Shown one piece after another: positions 8,276 through 16,346 of a stretch of DNA of 32,412 nt. This DNA is from Thermoanaerobaculia bacterium (lineage in GTDB: Bacteria; Acidobacteriota; Thermoanaerobaculia; UBA5066): positions 1 through 32,412 of the forward strand of contig JBDSFL010000567.1 of NCBI GenBank assembly GCA_039919545.1, given 5' to 3'. A model generated the notes under the pieces. The model made no database searches, had not been told where the DNA came from, and saw only the letters and a list, made by a program, of their open reading frames with translations. Each line of letters starts with the position of its first letter. The stretch's first letter is position 1. A program made the translations under genes and the position numbers.

Positions 8276-9649
8276 TCAGGGGCCGAACGAGAGCCAGAGC
8301 AGAAGCGTCGAGAGCGCCGTGCCCGCCAGCAGGCGGCGCCATTTCGAAGCGCTCGACGTCGCATCCTCCGGGAGGAGCGCCTTCCGGGGCGCCACCAGCC
8401 ACGCAACGGCACAGCCCGCGAAGAGGTCCACGCACGGCAGGAAGGCGACGCGGTAGCGCGTCTTCACGTGCAGCAGGAGCAGGATGCCGACGCAGTAACC
8501 AAGGTAGGTGAGCGGCAGCCAAAGTTTCTTTCGGACGGCCGCGGGTGGCAGCAGGAAGAGTCCGAAACTCGCGAGCGTCAGCGTGAGCGCGTGCATTCCC
8601 CAGGCCCAGCGGCGCGCCAGGAACGCGGGCGTCGTCTCCGGCTCGGAGCGGCGGAAACGGCCCCCCGCGAGCTGGTCGGTGAAGAAGCTGTTCTTGTCGA
8701 AGAGCCGCGTGTACTGCTTTCCGAGCTGGCCGCGCAGCGTTCCGAGAAGGCCGCGCTGGGCCACCCGCTCCCGCACGCGCGCGAGGGCAGCCCGGTCTCG
8801 ATCCCCGGGCGTGATCCCCGCGTTCTGATATTCGGCGTAGATCCTTCCCGCCGTCGCGTCGTAGTCGGTCCGGCTGTCCGGATCCTCGAGACCGATCCAG
8901 AGATTGAAGGCGCCGCTGCTTCCCACACCCCAGACACCGTGGTGAAGCCCGTTCCAGACGATCAAGGGAACGAGAACAGCGGCCAGCCCCGCGGCCAGGA
9001 GCACGATCCGCAGCCCCCGTGACGCCGCCTTCACCGCCTCGCCGTGCAGGACGGCTGCCAGCGCAATCACCGGCAGGAACGGACCGATCACCGACTTGGT
9101 GAGGAGCGTGAGGCCGAGCGATACGCCTCCGAGAAAATAGGCCGGGCGCGACTTCAGAAAAATGAGGGCGAGCGCCGAGCCGAGGAGAAAGAGGTACGTG
9201 ATCTCGGGCCAGAGCGAGAACGCAAACGAGCCGACCTGCGGATCCAGGAGCAGAAGAGCGAGAGCGGCGTCCGCTGCGGGGGCGCCGACGCCCGCGAGGA
9301 TCGCGAGCCGCCAGAACAGCAGCGCCGCGGCGGCGAGCAGGAGAGTCTGCAGCACCGCGAGCGGAATCGGTCCCGAGCCGGCCACGCGGAAGACTCCGCC
9401 CAGGAACCATTTCTGGAAGGGCGGCCAGAGGAATTCGGGCGCCGGGGCGACCCCGGAGGCGATCGAGAGCGCCTCACGCTGGTAGCGCGGTTCGTCTCCT
9501 TGCAGAACACGGGGCCCGGGCGAGCTCAGGAGCGCGAACCAGAGCGCCTGAAAAACCAGGAAGAGACCGAGGATGACGATCGTCCGTCGCCCGAAGCGGC
9601 CTTCACCCGGGGCGTTCAGACGACGATCTCCCCTCCGTGAATCGACCAT
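8276..9649 (-). CDS. GT-C glycosyltransferase, ArnT/PMT (GT39/GT83)-like membrane protein
   Basis: This is the ORF 8276..9730. The ATG at 9649 (MVDSRRGD...) reduces the overlap with wzt to 34 nt, but the start is uncertain. The protein is hydrophobic throughout. The first-loop motif is VLQGDEPRYQREALSIASG (DExRY as in ArnT-like enzymes), and LGLTLLTKSVIGPFLP is present. It is the last gene of the wzm-wzt operon. Confidence 0.75.
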   Translation of the reverse strand: MVDSRRGDRRLNAPGEGRFGRRTIVILGLFLVFQALWFALLSSPGPRVLQGDEPRYQREALSIASGVAPAPEFLWPPFQKWFLGGVFRVAGSGPIPLAVLQTLLLAAAALLFWRLAILAGVGAPAADAALALLLLDPQVGSFAFSLWPEITYLFLLGSALALIFLKSRPAYFLGGVSLGLTLLTKSVIGPFLPVIALAAVLHGEAVKAASRGLRIVLLAAGLAAVLVPLIVWNGLHHGVWGVGSSGAFNLWIGLEDPDSRTDYDATAGRIYAEYQNAGITPGDRDRAALARVRERVAQRGLLGTLRGQLGKQYTRLFDKNSFFTDQLAGGRFRRSEPETTPAFLARRWAWGMHALTLTLASFGLFLLPPAAVRKKLWLPLTYLGYCVGILLLLHVKTRYRVAFLPCVDLFAGCAVAWLVAPRKALLPEDATSSASKWRRLLAGTALSTLLLWLSFGP

Positions 9650-10401
9650 TCGTGATACGCGTCGCACACCGCATCCGCAGGGCCGTCCTTGATGACCCGC
9701 CCGTCGGAGATCCAGATGGCGCGTTGGCACGAATCCCGGATATCGGCCAGAGAATGCGAGACGAGGAGGATCGTCTTGCCCCGGTCACGAAAGTTGGCCA
9801 TTCGCTTCTTGCACTTGGCGGCGAACCGCTCGTCGCCGACCGAGAGGGTCTCATCCACGAGGAGGATGTCGGGATCGACGTCGGTGGCCACCGAGAAGGC
9901 GAGACGAGCCGACATCCCGGTGGAATAGGTGCGGATGGCCGAGTCGAGAAAAGGATCCAGCTCCGAGAACGCCGCGATGCCGGGAATGCGCGCGAGCATC
10001 TCCTTTCGCGAGAACCCCATCAGGGTGCCGAGCAGGATGATGTTCTCCCGGCCCGAGAGCTCGCCGTGGAAGCCGAAGCCCAGCTCGAGCAGCGGGGCCA
10101 CCTTGCCCCGCACCACGATGCGGCCCGAGGAGGGCTTCCGAACGCGCGCGATGACCTTGAACAAAGTGCTCTTGCCGGCCCCGTTGGGTCCGATGACTCC
10201 CACCCTCTCGCCGCGCCGGATGCTCAGGCTCACGTCGTCGAGCGCCATGAGCTCGTTCTGCGCGATGCGGCGCTGCACCGCCCGGATCGCGTATTCCTTC
10301 AGCGAGGAGATGACCTCGCTCGAGACGCGGTAGCGCACCGAGAGATTCTGGATCTCGACCGCCGGCGTCGGAAGAGCCTGGGCGATCGGCTCAGCTGACA
10401 T
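9616..10401 (-). CDS. wzt: Polysaccharide/O-antigen ABC exporter ATP-binding protein (Wzt/TagH type), short form without a C-terminal extension
   Basis: 261 aa. It has Walker A GPNGAGKSTLFK, the signature YSTGMSARLAFS, Walker B ILLVDETLSVGD and the H-loop LVSHS. The start overlaps the wzm stop by 11 nt. Confidence 0.9.
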   Translation of the reverse strand: MSAEPIAQALPTPAVEIQNLSVRYRVSSEVISSLKEYAIRAVQRRIAQNELMALDDVSLSIRRGERVGVIGPNGAGKSTLFKVIARVRKPSSGRIVVRGKVAPLLELGFGFHGELSGRENIILLGTLMGFSRKEMLARIPGIAAFSELDPFLDSAIRTYSTGMSARLAFSVATDVDPDILLVDETLSVGDERFAAKCKKRMANFRDRGKTILLVSHSLADIRDSCQRAIWISDGRVIKDGPADAVCDAYHEWSIHGGEIVV

Positions 10402-11239
10402 TGCCGTACTCGTCGTTTTTCGCCGCGTAGAAGGCCCAGCCCAGGATCAAGCTGCACACCGCCGCCAGCAGCGAGAAGGCGAAGGTCTTCGATCCCGGCA
10501 GCCACCCGTTGTAGAGCGGGGCTCGAAAGATCTCCACGAGATACGTCATCGGGTTGTAGCGAACCAGGAACTGGAAATGCGCAGGCACGATCGAGGGCGC
10601 GTAGACGATGGGCGTGATGAAGAACCAGGGAGAGAGCAGGACCATGTACGTCTCGCGCACGTCCACGAAGCGCGACGCGAGAGTGAAGAGGATGAGCCCG
10701 ACTCCGGTGGTGAAGCTCGCGCCGATCAGCATCGCGACCGGCAGGAAGAGCCAGGAGAGGTGGATGGGATAGCCCGTGACGGCGATGATCAGGAGGAGGG
10801 GGACGAGGCTGAAGGCGAAATTGACCGTTCCCACTCCGATCGCCGAGATCACGAAGACCGAGCGCGGCACGAACACGCGGCGCGTGATCTCGGTGCACTC
10901 GACGGTCAGAGAGGCCGCATGCGACGTGGCCTGCGCGAAGAAATTCCAGAAAATGGCCCCGGTGAGGTAGTACACCGGGAAGTTCTTGATGCCCTGCTTG
11001 AGGATCACCGAGAAGACGACGGTGAGGGCGAGCATGTTCAGCAGCGGGCTCAGCATCGTCCAGGCGACGCCCAGCACCGACCGCTTGTACCTGACCTTGA
11101 TATCGCGCGAGACGAGCTCGGCCACGAGGTGCCGGAAATCCCACAGAGCCCACGCCTCCGAGAAGAACGGGATCGTCTTGCGGGACGAGTCGTAGACGGC
11201 TTCAGGGGGCTCGCCCAGCGGGCCGATCCTGGCGCTCAC
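10391..11239 (-). CDS. wzm: ABC-2 type polysaccharide exporter permease (Wzm/TagG type)
   Basis: 282 aa. The N-terminus ...FRHLVAELVSRDIKVRYKRSVLGVAWTMLSPLLNM is typical of ABC-2 permeases. Six hydrophobic segments are present, and it lies directly upstream of wzt. Confidence 0.88.
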   Translation of the reverse strand: MSARIGPLGEPPEAVYDSSRKTIPFFSEAWALWDFRHLVAELVSRDIKVRYKRSVLGVAWTMLSPLLNMLALTVVFSVILKQGIKNFPVYYLTGAIFWNFFAQATSHAASLTVECTEITRRVFVPRSVFVISAIGVGTVNFAFSLVPLLLIIAVTGYPIHLSWLFLPVAMLIGASFTTGVGLILFTLASRFVDVRETYMVLLSPWFFITPIVYAPSIVPAHFQFLVRYNPMTYLVEIFRAPLYNGWLPGSKTFAFSLLAAVCSLILGWAFYAAKNDEYGNVS

Positions 11240-11352
11240 AACGGGCCTCTGGAGAACGGGCGGGAAGGAGAAAGGGGAAGCGAAACGACTCTGATGACTG
11301 ACGACTCCATCATTCGATGATCTGCGCCCCCCTTATACTAAACTCTCACGCC

Positions 11353-11673
11353 ATGCGCTCTCATCCGGTGGAAAACCGAGCCGTCACCGAGGCTCCCGAT
11401 GCCCTTGCCATCCCGTTCGAAGAGGAGAGCCGGGCTCGCCTCGCGGTGAGGCTGGAAGGCCTCAAATTCGACCTCGAGCTCGCGGGCAGGGTGCGCATCC
11501 GCCTCGAAGCCGAGCTGAGACGCCAGGAGCAGCAGTACGCCAACCTGGAAGTCGAGCGCGACTCGCTTCGCCATCGCCTCGACGAGCGCCAGCGCTACGT
11601 GGCCGCCATCCATGCCTCGGGCGCCTGGAAGCTCGTGCAGGGGGTTCGCGGGCTCTTCGGGCGCCGCTGGTAG
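11353..11673 (+). CDS. Small coiled-coil protein (hypothetical)
   Basis: The track ORF is 11317..11673. I prefer ATG 11353 because a -10-like TATACT (11334-11339) lies inside the longer version. A heptad-rich segment reads RIRLEAELRRQEQQYANLEVERDSLRHRLDERQRY and ends ...SGAWKLVQGVRGLFGRRW. It is divergent from wzm, and its stop lies 2 nt before the next ORF. Confidence 0.45.
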   Translation: MRSHPVENRAVTEAPDALAIPFEEESRARLAVRLEGLKFDLELAGRVRIRLEAELRRQEQQYANLEVERDSLRHRLDERQRYVAAIHASGAWKLVQGVRGLFGRRW

Positions 11674-11675
11674 GC

Positions 11676-11957
11676 ATGGCCGCGGTTCCGGAAACCCGAA
11701 GGGACTGGAAGGCCGAGGCCGACGAGCTGCGCACGGTCGTCTTCCACCTCCGCAGAAAGCTCCTGGCGCTCGCGATGGTGCTCCCCATCGAATCCCTCCC
11801 GCTGCTCGAGGCCGATCCCGAGACCATCGAATCGGCCGTGGACCTGGGCGACCTCCACCTGCTGGATTTCGATGACGGCCTCCGGATGGTGGAGAGCGAC
11901 GTCGCCACCGAGCTGCGCTTGCTGTGGGCGCGTCTGGCCGTTCGGGGAGGAGCGTGA
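11676..11957 (+). CDS. Small helical hypothetical protein
   Basis: 93 aa. The ATG lies 2 nt after the previous stop. Its TGA overlaps the GTG of the downstream glycosyltransferase (GTGA at 11954-11957). No recognisable motif. Confidence 0.4.
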   Translation: MAAVPETRRDWKAEADELRTVVFHLRRKLLALAMVLPIESLPLLEADPETIESAVDLGDLHLLDFDDGLRMVESDVATELRLLWARLAVRGGA

Positions 11958-13801
11958 GCCCGCGGCGCGTCAGCATCATCGTCCTGTGCTGGAACCGCTG
12001 GCAGCTGACGGCGAGATGCCTGGAGACGCTGCGGCAGCACACCGATCTCACGGATGCCGAGGTCCTGGTGGTGGACAACGGCAGCACGGATGAATCCCCG
12101 CAGCGCCTGGCCGCGCTCGACTGGGTACGCACCGTGCGAAACGAGACGAACCTCGGCTTCGTGCGCGGGAACAACGTGGGCATCGAGGCGACAGATTCGA
12201 GCCACGACGTGCTCCTGCTCAACAACGACGTGGAGATCCTCAGCGACGGCTGGCTCGACGAGCTGCGCAGGGCGGCGCACGAGGCCCCCGACATCGGCGT
12301 CGTGGGCTGCCGGCTGCAGCTGCCCGATGGAAGGCTGCTGCACGCGGGCACCTTCATCCTTCCCGACACGATGTGGGGCCAGCAGATCGGGGCGCTGGAG
12401 GCCGATGTCGGCCAGTACGCGGCCAACCGGGACGTCCAGGGCATCGTCTTCGCGTGCGCCTACCTGAAGCGCGAGATGGTGACCGCAGTCGGCGGCCTTT
12501 CGCTCGACTACGAGTCGTACTTCGAGGATACGGACTATTGCCTTCGCGCCCAGCGGGCGGGCTTTCGCACGATCTGCTGCGGCAAAGTCACGATCCTGCA
12601 CCACGAGCACGGCTCCACGAGCGACGACCCGAAGATGTTCGAGCGCGTCTTCTCCCGCAGCCGCGCCACTTTCCGCAAGTCCTGGCAGGCGGAGCTCGAC
12701 AGCCGCTATTCCCGCTCCATCGACTGGCAATCGATCCTGAACTTCTCCACCGGCTACGCCATGAGCTCGCGCGAGATCCTGCGCGCTCTCGAGGCGGCGG
12801 GCGTGAAGGCCAGCTACTCGTACGTCTACGGCAAGGGAACCCCGTTTCCCCTCGAAGAGCCGGAGAACTCAGGCGACTACCTGCTGAACGTCATCTCGGG
12901 TCGGAAGGCCACGGCCGCGGCGTCCGTGGTGTACGGGCAGGGGGACGTGTTCATCAAGAACCGCGGATCCCGACGCATCGGCTACACCATGCTCGAGGTG
13001 GATGGGTTCCCCGCGGAGTGGGTGCGCCAGGCCAACCAGATGGACGAGATCTGGGTGCCCACGGCTTTCAACCGGGACGGCTTCCTCGAATCGGGGCTGA
13101 AGCGGCCGATCCACGTCATACCACTCGGCGTGGATATCGATCACTTCCATCCCGGCATCAAGAGCCACCCGAACCCGCACGGCGATTACGTCTTCCTGAC
13201 GAACTTCGAATGGGGCGAGCGGAAGCAGCCGGAGCTGATCCTCAAGACGTTCAACCAGACCTTCCGGAGAGACGAGCCCGTGGTGCTGGTCTGCAAGGTG
13301 ATCAACCGCAACGGCTCGCTGCAGATCAAGAAGCTCATCCAGGCGCTCCACCTCAGAGCCTCGGGCGGGCGAATCGCGTTCATCTTCAATCGCGAATTTC
13401 CCTACGCGCAGCTCGGCTCGCTGTACCGCTCGGCGGATTGCTACGTGTCGGCGGGACGAGGCGAGGGGTGGGACATGCCGCTGATGGAGGCGATGGCCTG
13501 CGGCCTGCCGTCGATCGCAACGAACTGGGGCGCGCACACCGAATTCGTGCATGCGGGTACGTCGTATCCCCTCGAGACGCGCGGCACCATTCCCGCCAAG
13601 GCTCTCTGCCCGTACTACGACGGCTTCTCGTGGGCCGATCCTGATCCAGAGCATCTCCGCTTCCTGCTGAGATACATCTACGAGAATCGCGAGGAGGCCT
13701 CGGCGCTCGGCCTTCGTGCCGCCGCAGAGATGGCCGCCGAGTGGACGTGGGATCACGCGGCTCGGCGCATCGTCGCGCGGCTCGACGCGATCGGGGCTTG
13801 A
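11954..13801 (+). CDS. Bifunctional glycosyltransferase: N-terminal GT2 fused to C-terminal GT4 (GT-B)
   Basis: The track ORF is 11924..13801, and the in-frame GTG 11954 gives GTGA coupling. The GT2 half reads RVSIIVLCWNRWQLTARCLETL...VVDNGSTDES...NLGFVRGNNVG...LLLNNDVEI...FEDTDYCLRA. The GT4 half reads ...RSADCYVSAGRGEGWDMPLMEAMACGLPSIATNWGAHTEFV (an EX7E motif). Confidence 0.88.
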   Translation: MSPRRVSIIVLCWNRWQLTARCLETLRQHTDLTDAEVLVVDNGSTDESPQRLAALDWVRTVRNETNLGFVRGNNVGIEATDSSHDVLLLNNDVEILSDGWLDELRRAAHEAPDIGVVGCRLQLPDGRLLHAGTFILPDTMWGQQIGALEADVGQYAANRDVQGIVFACAYLKREMVTAVGGLSLDYESYFEDTDYCLRAQRAGFRTICCGKVTILHHEHGSTSDDPKMFERVFSRSRATFRKSWQAELDSRYSRSIDWQSILNFSTGYAMSSREILRALEAAGVKASYSYVYGKGTPFPLEEPENSGDYLLNVISGRKATAAASVVYGQGDVFIKNRGSRRIGYTMLEVDGFPAEWVRQANQMDEIWVPTAFNRDGFLESGLKRPIHVIPLGVDIDHFHPGIKSHPNPHGDYVFLTNFEWGERKQPELILKTFNQTFRRDEPVVLVCKVINRNGSLQIKKLIQALHLRASGGRIAFIFNREFPYAQLGSLYRSADCYVSAGRGEGWDMPLMEAMACGLPSIATNWGAHTEFVHAGTSYPLETRGTIPAKALCPYYDGFSWADPDPEHLRFLLRYIYENREEASALGLRAAAEMAAEWTWDHAARRIVARLDAIGA

Positions 13802-15237
13802 GGCTTCTCCGCCCATCGGAGTCGCCCGTGCGTGGGATCTCGGAGCGACCCGGAGGACAGGCTTCGAGCCGAGTCGTTCGAGACCGTCGTCTCGACTCCG
13901 ATCTGGCGCTCAGCCACGGTGCCATCGACGCTTCGGAATCGAACGGAGAGCTGGTAGCGCCCCGCCGGAATCGTGCTCTTGGCGACCTCGATCACGAATC
14001 CTACGTCGTCGTGCTCGAGCCCGTGCGCGCTTGCCACGTCGGACCGCGACATTCTTCCGCAGCGACGGGATGTGCTGCCGCCCCGCTCTCCGCGAAACAC
14101 GAGCTCGATCTGGTCCGTCGCGTTCCCGTTGTCTGAAACGTAGCCCCACCCGACGACCCGGATTCGATCGGCCCAGTCGGACACTTCATCGAGGAAGGTC
14201 ACGAGGCGCAGCGAGTCAGGAGGCGGGGCCCCGTCCGCCGGCGGTTCGAGCCCGGCGCCGGAAGATTCACGTTCGTCACCGCGACGCGCAACCACGTAGA
14301 TGTTGTCGCCGCGGTTGTCCGGAGTTCCTCCAGCCATTCTGATCCAATCGAGCAATTCCTTTCTCTTGAAGGGGAGCACGCTCGGCGGGCCCGAGTAATC
14401 GATTGCCTCCATGGGGATTCGATCGTAGTCGAAGCGGTCGCGCGTCTCGGACCGAACGACCTCATACCCGTCCGATCTCAGGAGGGCGACGACTTCCTCC
14501 ACGGTGAACTCCCGGTTGTGGCGGCCGTGCACTCCGTTGTCGACCCAGTAAAGGTCGAAGAAGTTCCGCCCTCCCAGCATCGCAGCGACGTTCGCGAGCC
14601 GCAGCGCGTTCGGAAGGGTGATCACGAGAAGCCCCCCGGGGCGGAGGATGCGGCGGAACTCCCGGAACACTCTGAGGGGATTGAGAACGAGGTGCTCGAG
14701 GGTCTCGCAGAAAAGAATGACGTCGAATGTTTGCGCGGCGTACGGATACGGGTGAGCGACTTCGAGATTGAAGGTGGGAAAATTGAAGCAATAGGACTCG
14801 CCCGTCACCTCGCTCGCGATCGTCTGCTCCGAAGTCCCGATCTTGCGGGAGTAGATATCGTGCTCGAAGAAGTTCATCCCTCGTATGTCTGTCGCGGGAA
14901 ATATTTTTTTCAGCAAGAGATGAAAGAGATAGGGGTTCGCCCCGACCTCGAGAACTTGGCCGACGAGTGGAATGGGCAGCAGCTCGAGCGTATGCAGGAA
15001 GCGCCCGAAGGCATCGTCCACGTAGCTTCGGGTCAGATTTGCCGGAGCGCCCACGAGAGAAAAGCTCTTCAGGTACTGCGCCAGGGCGGGGGCGGCTTCC
15101 CTCAGCTGCGCCGTGTATTTTTGCTGGTTTGTGAGAGCGGCCCGGGCCAAGGAAGCGACGGTGTCGCGGACCGTTCGAGCGGGCAACGGGTCGCCCGCAA
15201 ATCGTGCCGCCATTGCCGCCTGTAACGTCTCATCCAT
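13753..15237 (-). CDS. Class I SAM-dependent methyltransferase with an extra beta-rich C-terminal domain of about 150 aa
   Basis: 494 aa. The methyltransferase core reads GQVLEVGANPY...FDVILFCETLEHLVLNPLRVFREFRRILRPGGLLVITLPN. The C-terminal part reads LRLVTFLDEVSDWADRIRVVGWGYVSDNGNATDQIELVFRG...GFVIEVAKSTIPAGRYQLSVRF. Its 3' end overlaps the convergent GT2-GT4 gene by 49 nt. Confidence 0.82.
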   Translation of the reverse strand: MDETLQAAMAARFAGDPLPARTVRDTVASLARAALTNQQKYTAQLREAAPALAQYLKSFSLVGAPANLTRSYVDDAFGRFLHTLELLPIPLVGQVLEVGANPYLFHLLLKKIFPATDIRGMNFFEHDIYSRKIGTSEQTIASEVTGESYCFNFPTFNLEVAHPYPYAAQTFDVILFCETLEHLVLNPLRVFREFRRILRPGGLLVITLPNALRLANVAAMLGGRNFFDLYWVDNGVHGRHNREFTVEEVVALLRSDGYEVVRSETRDRFDYDRIPMEAIDYSGPPSVLPFKRKELLDWIRMAGGTPDNRGDNIYVVARRGDERESSGAGLEPPADGAPPPDSLRLVTFLDEVSDWADRIRVVGWGYVSDNGNATDQIELVFRGERGGSTSRRCGRMSRSDVASAHGLEHDDVGFVIEVAKSTIPAGRYQLSVRFRSVDGTVAERQIGVETTVSNDSARSLSSGSLRDPTHGRLRWAEKPQAPIASSRATMRRAA

Positions 15238-15353
15238 GGGATTCGAAGTCTACTGCATGGGAGTGCCCACTCCGCCGCCGCAGCGGGACGGTCCGGTGCT
15301 GGAGAGACCCCTCCCGAGCAGGGTGCCGGCGTCCCGAGCATCCTCCGTGTGGT

Positions 15354-16346
15354 TCAGGTTCTAAGGGACCGCAGCTGCCGGTACTCTTCGTAGTCGCGGA
15401 CGTAGTCCGCCGGATCGTACGGTGCGGAGGCAAGGACGAGAAGGACCGCATCCTTCGAGAACCGATACTGAATTCCCCAGACCATGGGCGGCAGGTGGAT
15501 ACCGACTTCAGGACCACGAAGTCTGACTTCCTGGCGATGGACGCTGTCATCCACCACGACGGAGAGCTCACCGCTCACGCACACCAGAAACTGGTGGAGA
15601 GTCCGGTGCGCGTGTTCGCCCCGCACATGGCGGCTCGGGACATCATGGACGACGAAGAGCCGCACGGGTTCGAACGGGAGCTCTTTTCCGAGCTCTGCCA
15701 CGGCCAGGCTTCCCCTCAGGTCGCGAAAGCTCGCGAGACGGTGAACCGTCACGCCATCGACCACGAGCTTCTCCACGGGTGCGCCCTCGGGCTGGTATGT
15801 CTCGATGGGGTGCATCTCTGTTCCGACGTAACCCGTGATGCGCGCTGGATTCCCGACCACGATCGCGTGCGGAGGAACGTCCCGTGTCACGACGGCGCCG
15901 GCGCCGACCATGGCTCCGGCTCCGATCGTCAGACCGCACAAGATCGTCGCATTGGCTCCGATCGAAGCTCCCTTATTCACATGGGTCGTGGCGAAGGTCT
16001 CGGGACGCTTTCGGCTGCGGGGATAGAGGTCGTTCGTGAACGTCGCGTTCGGGCCCACGAAAACGTCGTCTTCGATCCTCACGCCGTCCCAGAGCTGAAC
16101 CCCGCACTTCACGGTGACCCGGTCCCCGACGACGACATCGTTCTCGATGAAGACGTGATCGCAGATATTGCAATCCTGGCCCACCACGGCATTCGGGAGA
16201 ATGTGGGCAAACGCCCAGACTCTGGTCCCGCTCCCGATCCGTTCCGACTCCACCAGCGCGGCGGGGTGGCGAAAAAACGAACTGTCACCCGCGGCGGGAT
16301 GAGACACCGGCGGCTCCGGAGAATTCGTCGCTTGAGATGACGACAT
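15354..16346 (-). CDS. WxcM-like bifunctional enzyme: N-terminal left-handed beta-helix N-acetyltransferase (FdtC/QdtC-like) fused to a C-terminal cupin dTDP-4-keto-6-deoxyhexose 3,4-ketoisomerase (FdtA/QdtA-like)
   Basis: This is the ORF 15354..16496. The start is ATG 16346 (MSSSQATN...), preceded by AAGGGAGA 7 nt upstream. Hexapeptide repeats read IGSGTRVWAFAHILPNAVVGQDCNICDHVFIENDVVVGDRVTVKCGVQLWDGVRIEDDVFVGPNATF...IGANATILCGLTIGAGAMVGAGAVV. The cupin part reads FRDLRGSLAVAE...FVVHDVPSRHVRGEHAHRTLHQFLVCVSGELSVVVDD. Confidence 0.85.
   Translation of the reverse strand: MSSSQATNSPEPPVSHPAAGDSSFFRHPAALVESERIGSGTRVWAFAHILPNAVVGQDCNICDHVFIENDVVVGDRVTVKCGVQLWDGVRIEDDVFVGPNATFTNDLYPRSRKRPETFATTHVNKGASIGANATILCGLTIGAGAMVGAGAVVTRDVPPHAIVVGNPARITGYVGTEMHPIETYQPEGAPVEKLVVDGVTVHRLASFRDLRGSLAVAELGKELPFEPVRLFVVHDVPSRHVRGEHAHRTLHQFLVCVSGELSVVVDDSVHRQEVRLRGPEVGIHLPPMVWGIQYRFSKDAVLLVLASAPYDPADYVRDYEEYRQLRSLRT

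Noticed and set aside
8267-8284. GGCCCC-gggtca-GGGGCC hairpin between the convergent C25 and GT-C genes, as a bidirectional terminator
   Set aside because: The stem is only 6 bp, it overlaps a stop codon and has no U/A tracts. This is too weak to call.
6162-9410. A 1082-aa minus-strand ORF, the longest in the track
   Set aside because: It is antisense to the well-supported C25 peptidase gene and out of frame with the GT-C gene. Its translation is Arg/Gly/Ala/Pro-rich with no motifs. This is a typical stop-codon-poor shadow ORF of high-GC DNA.
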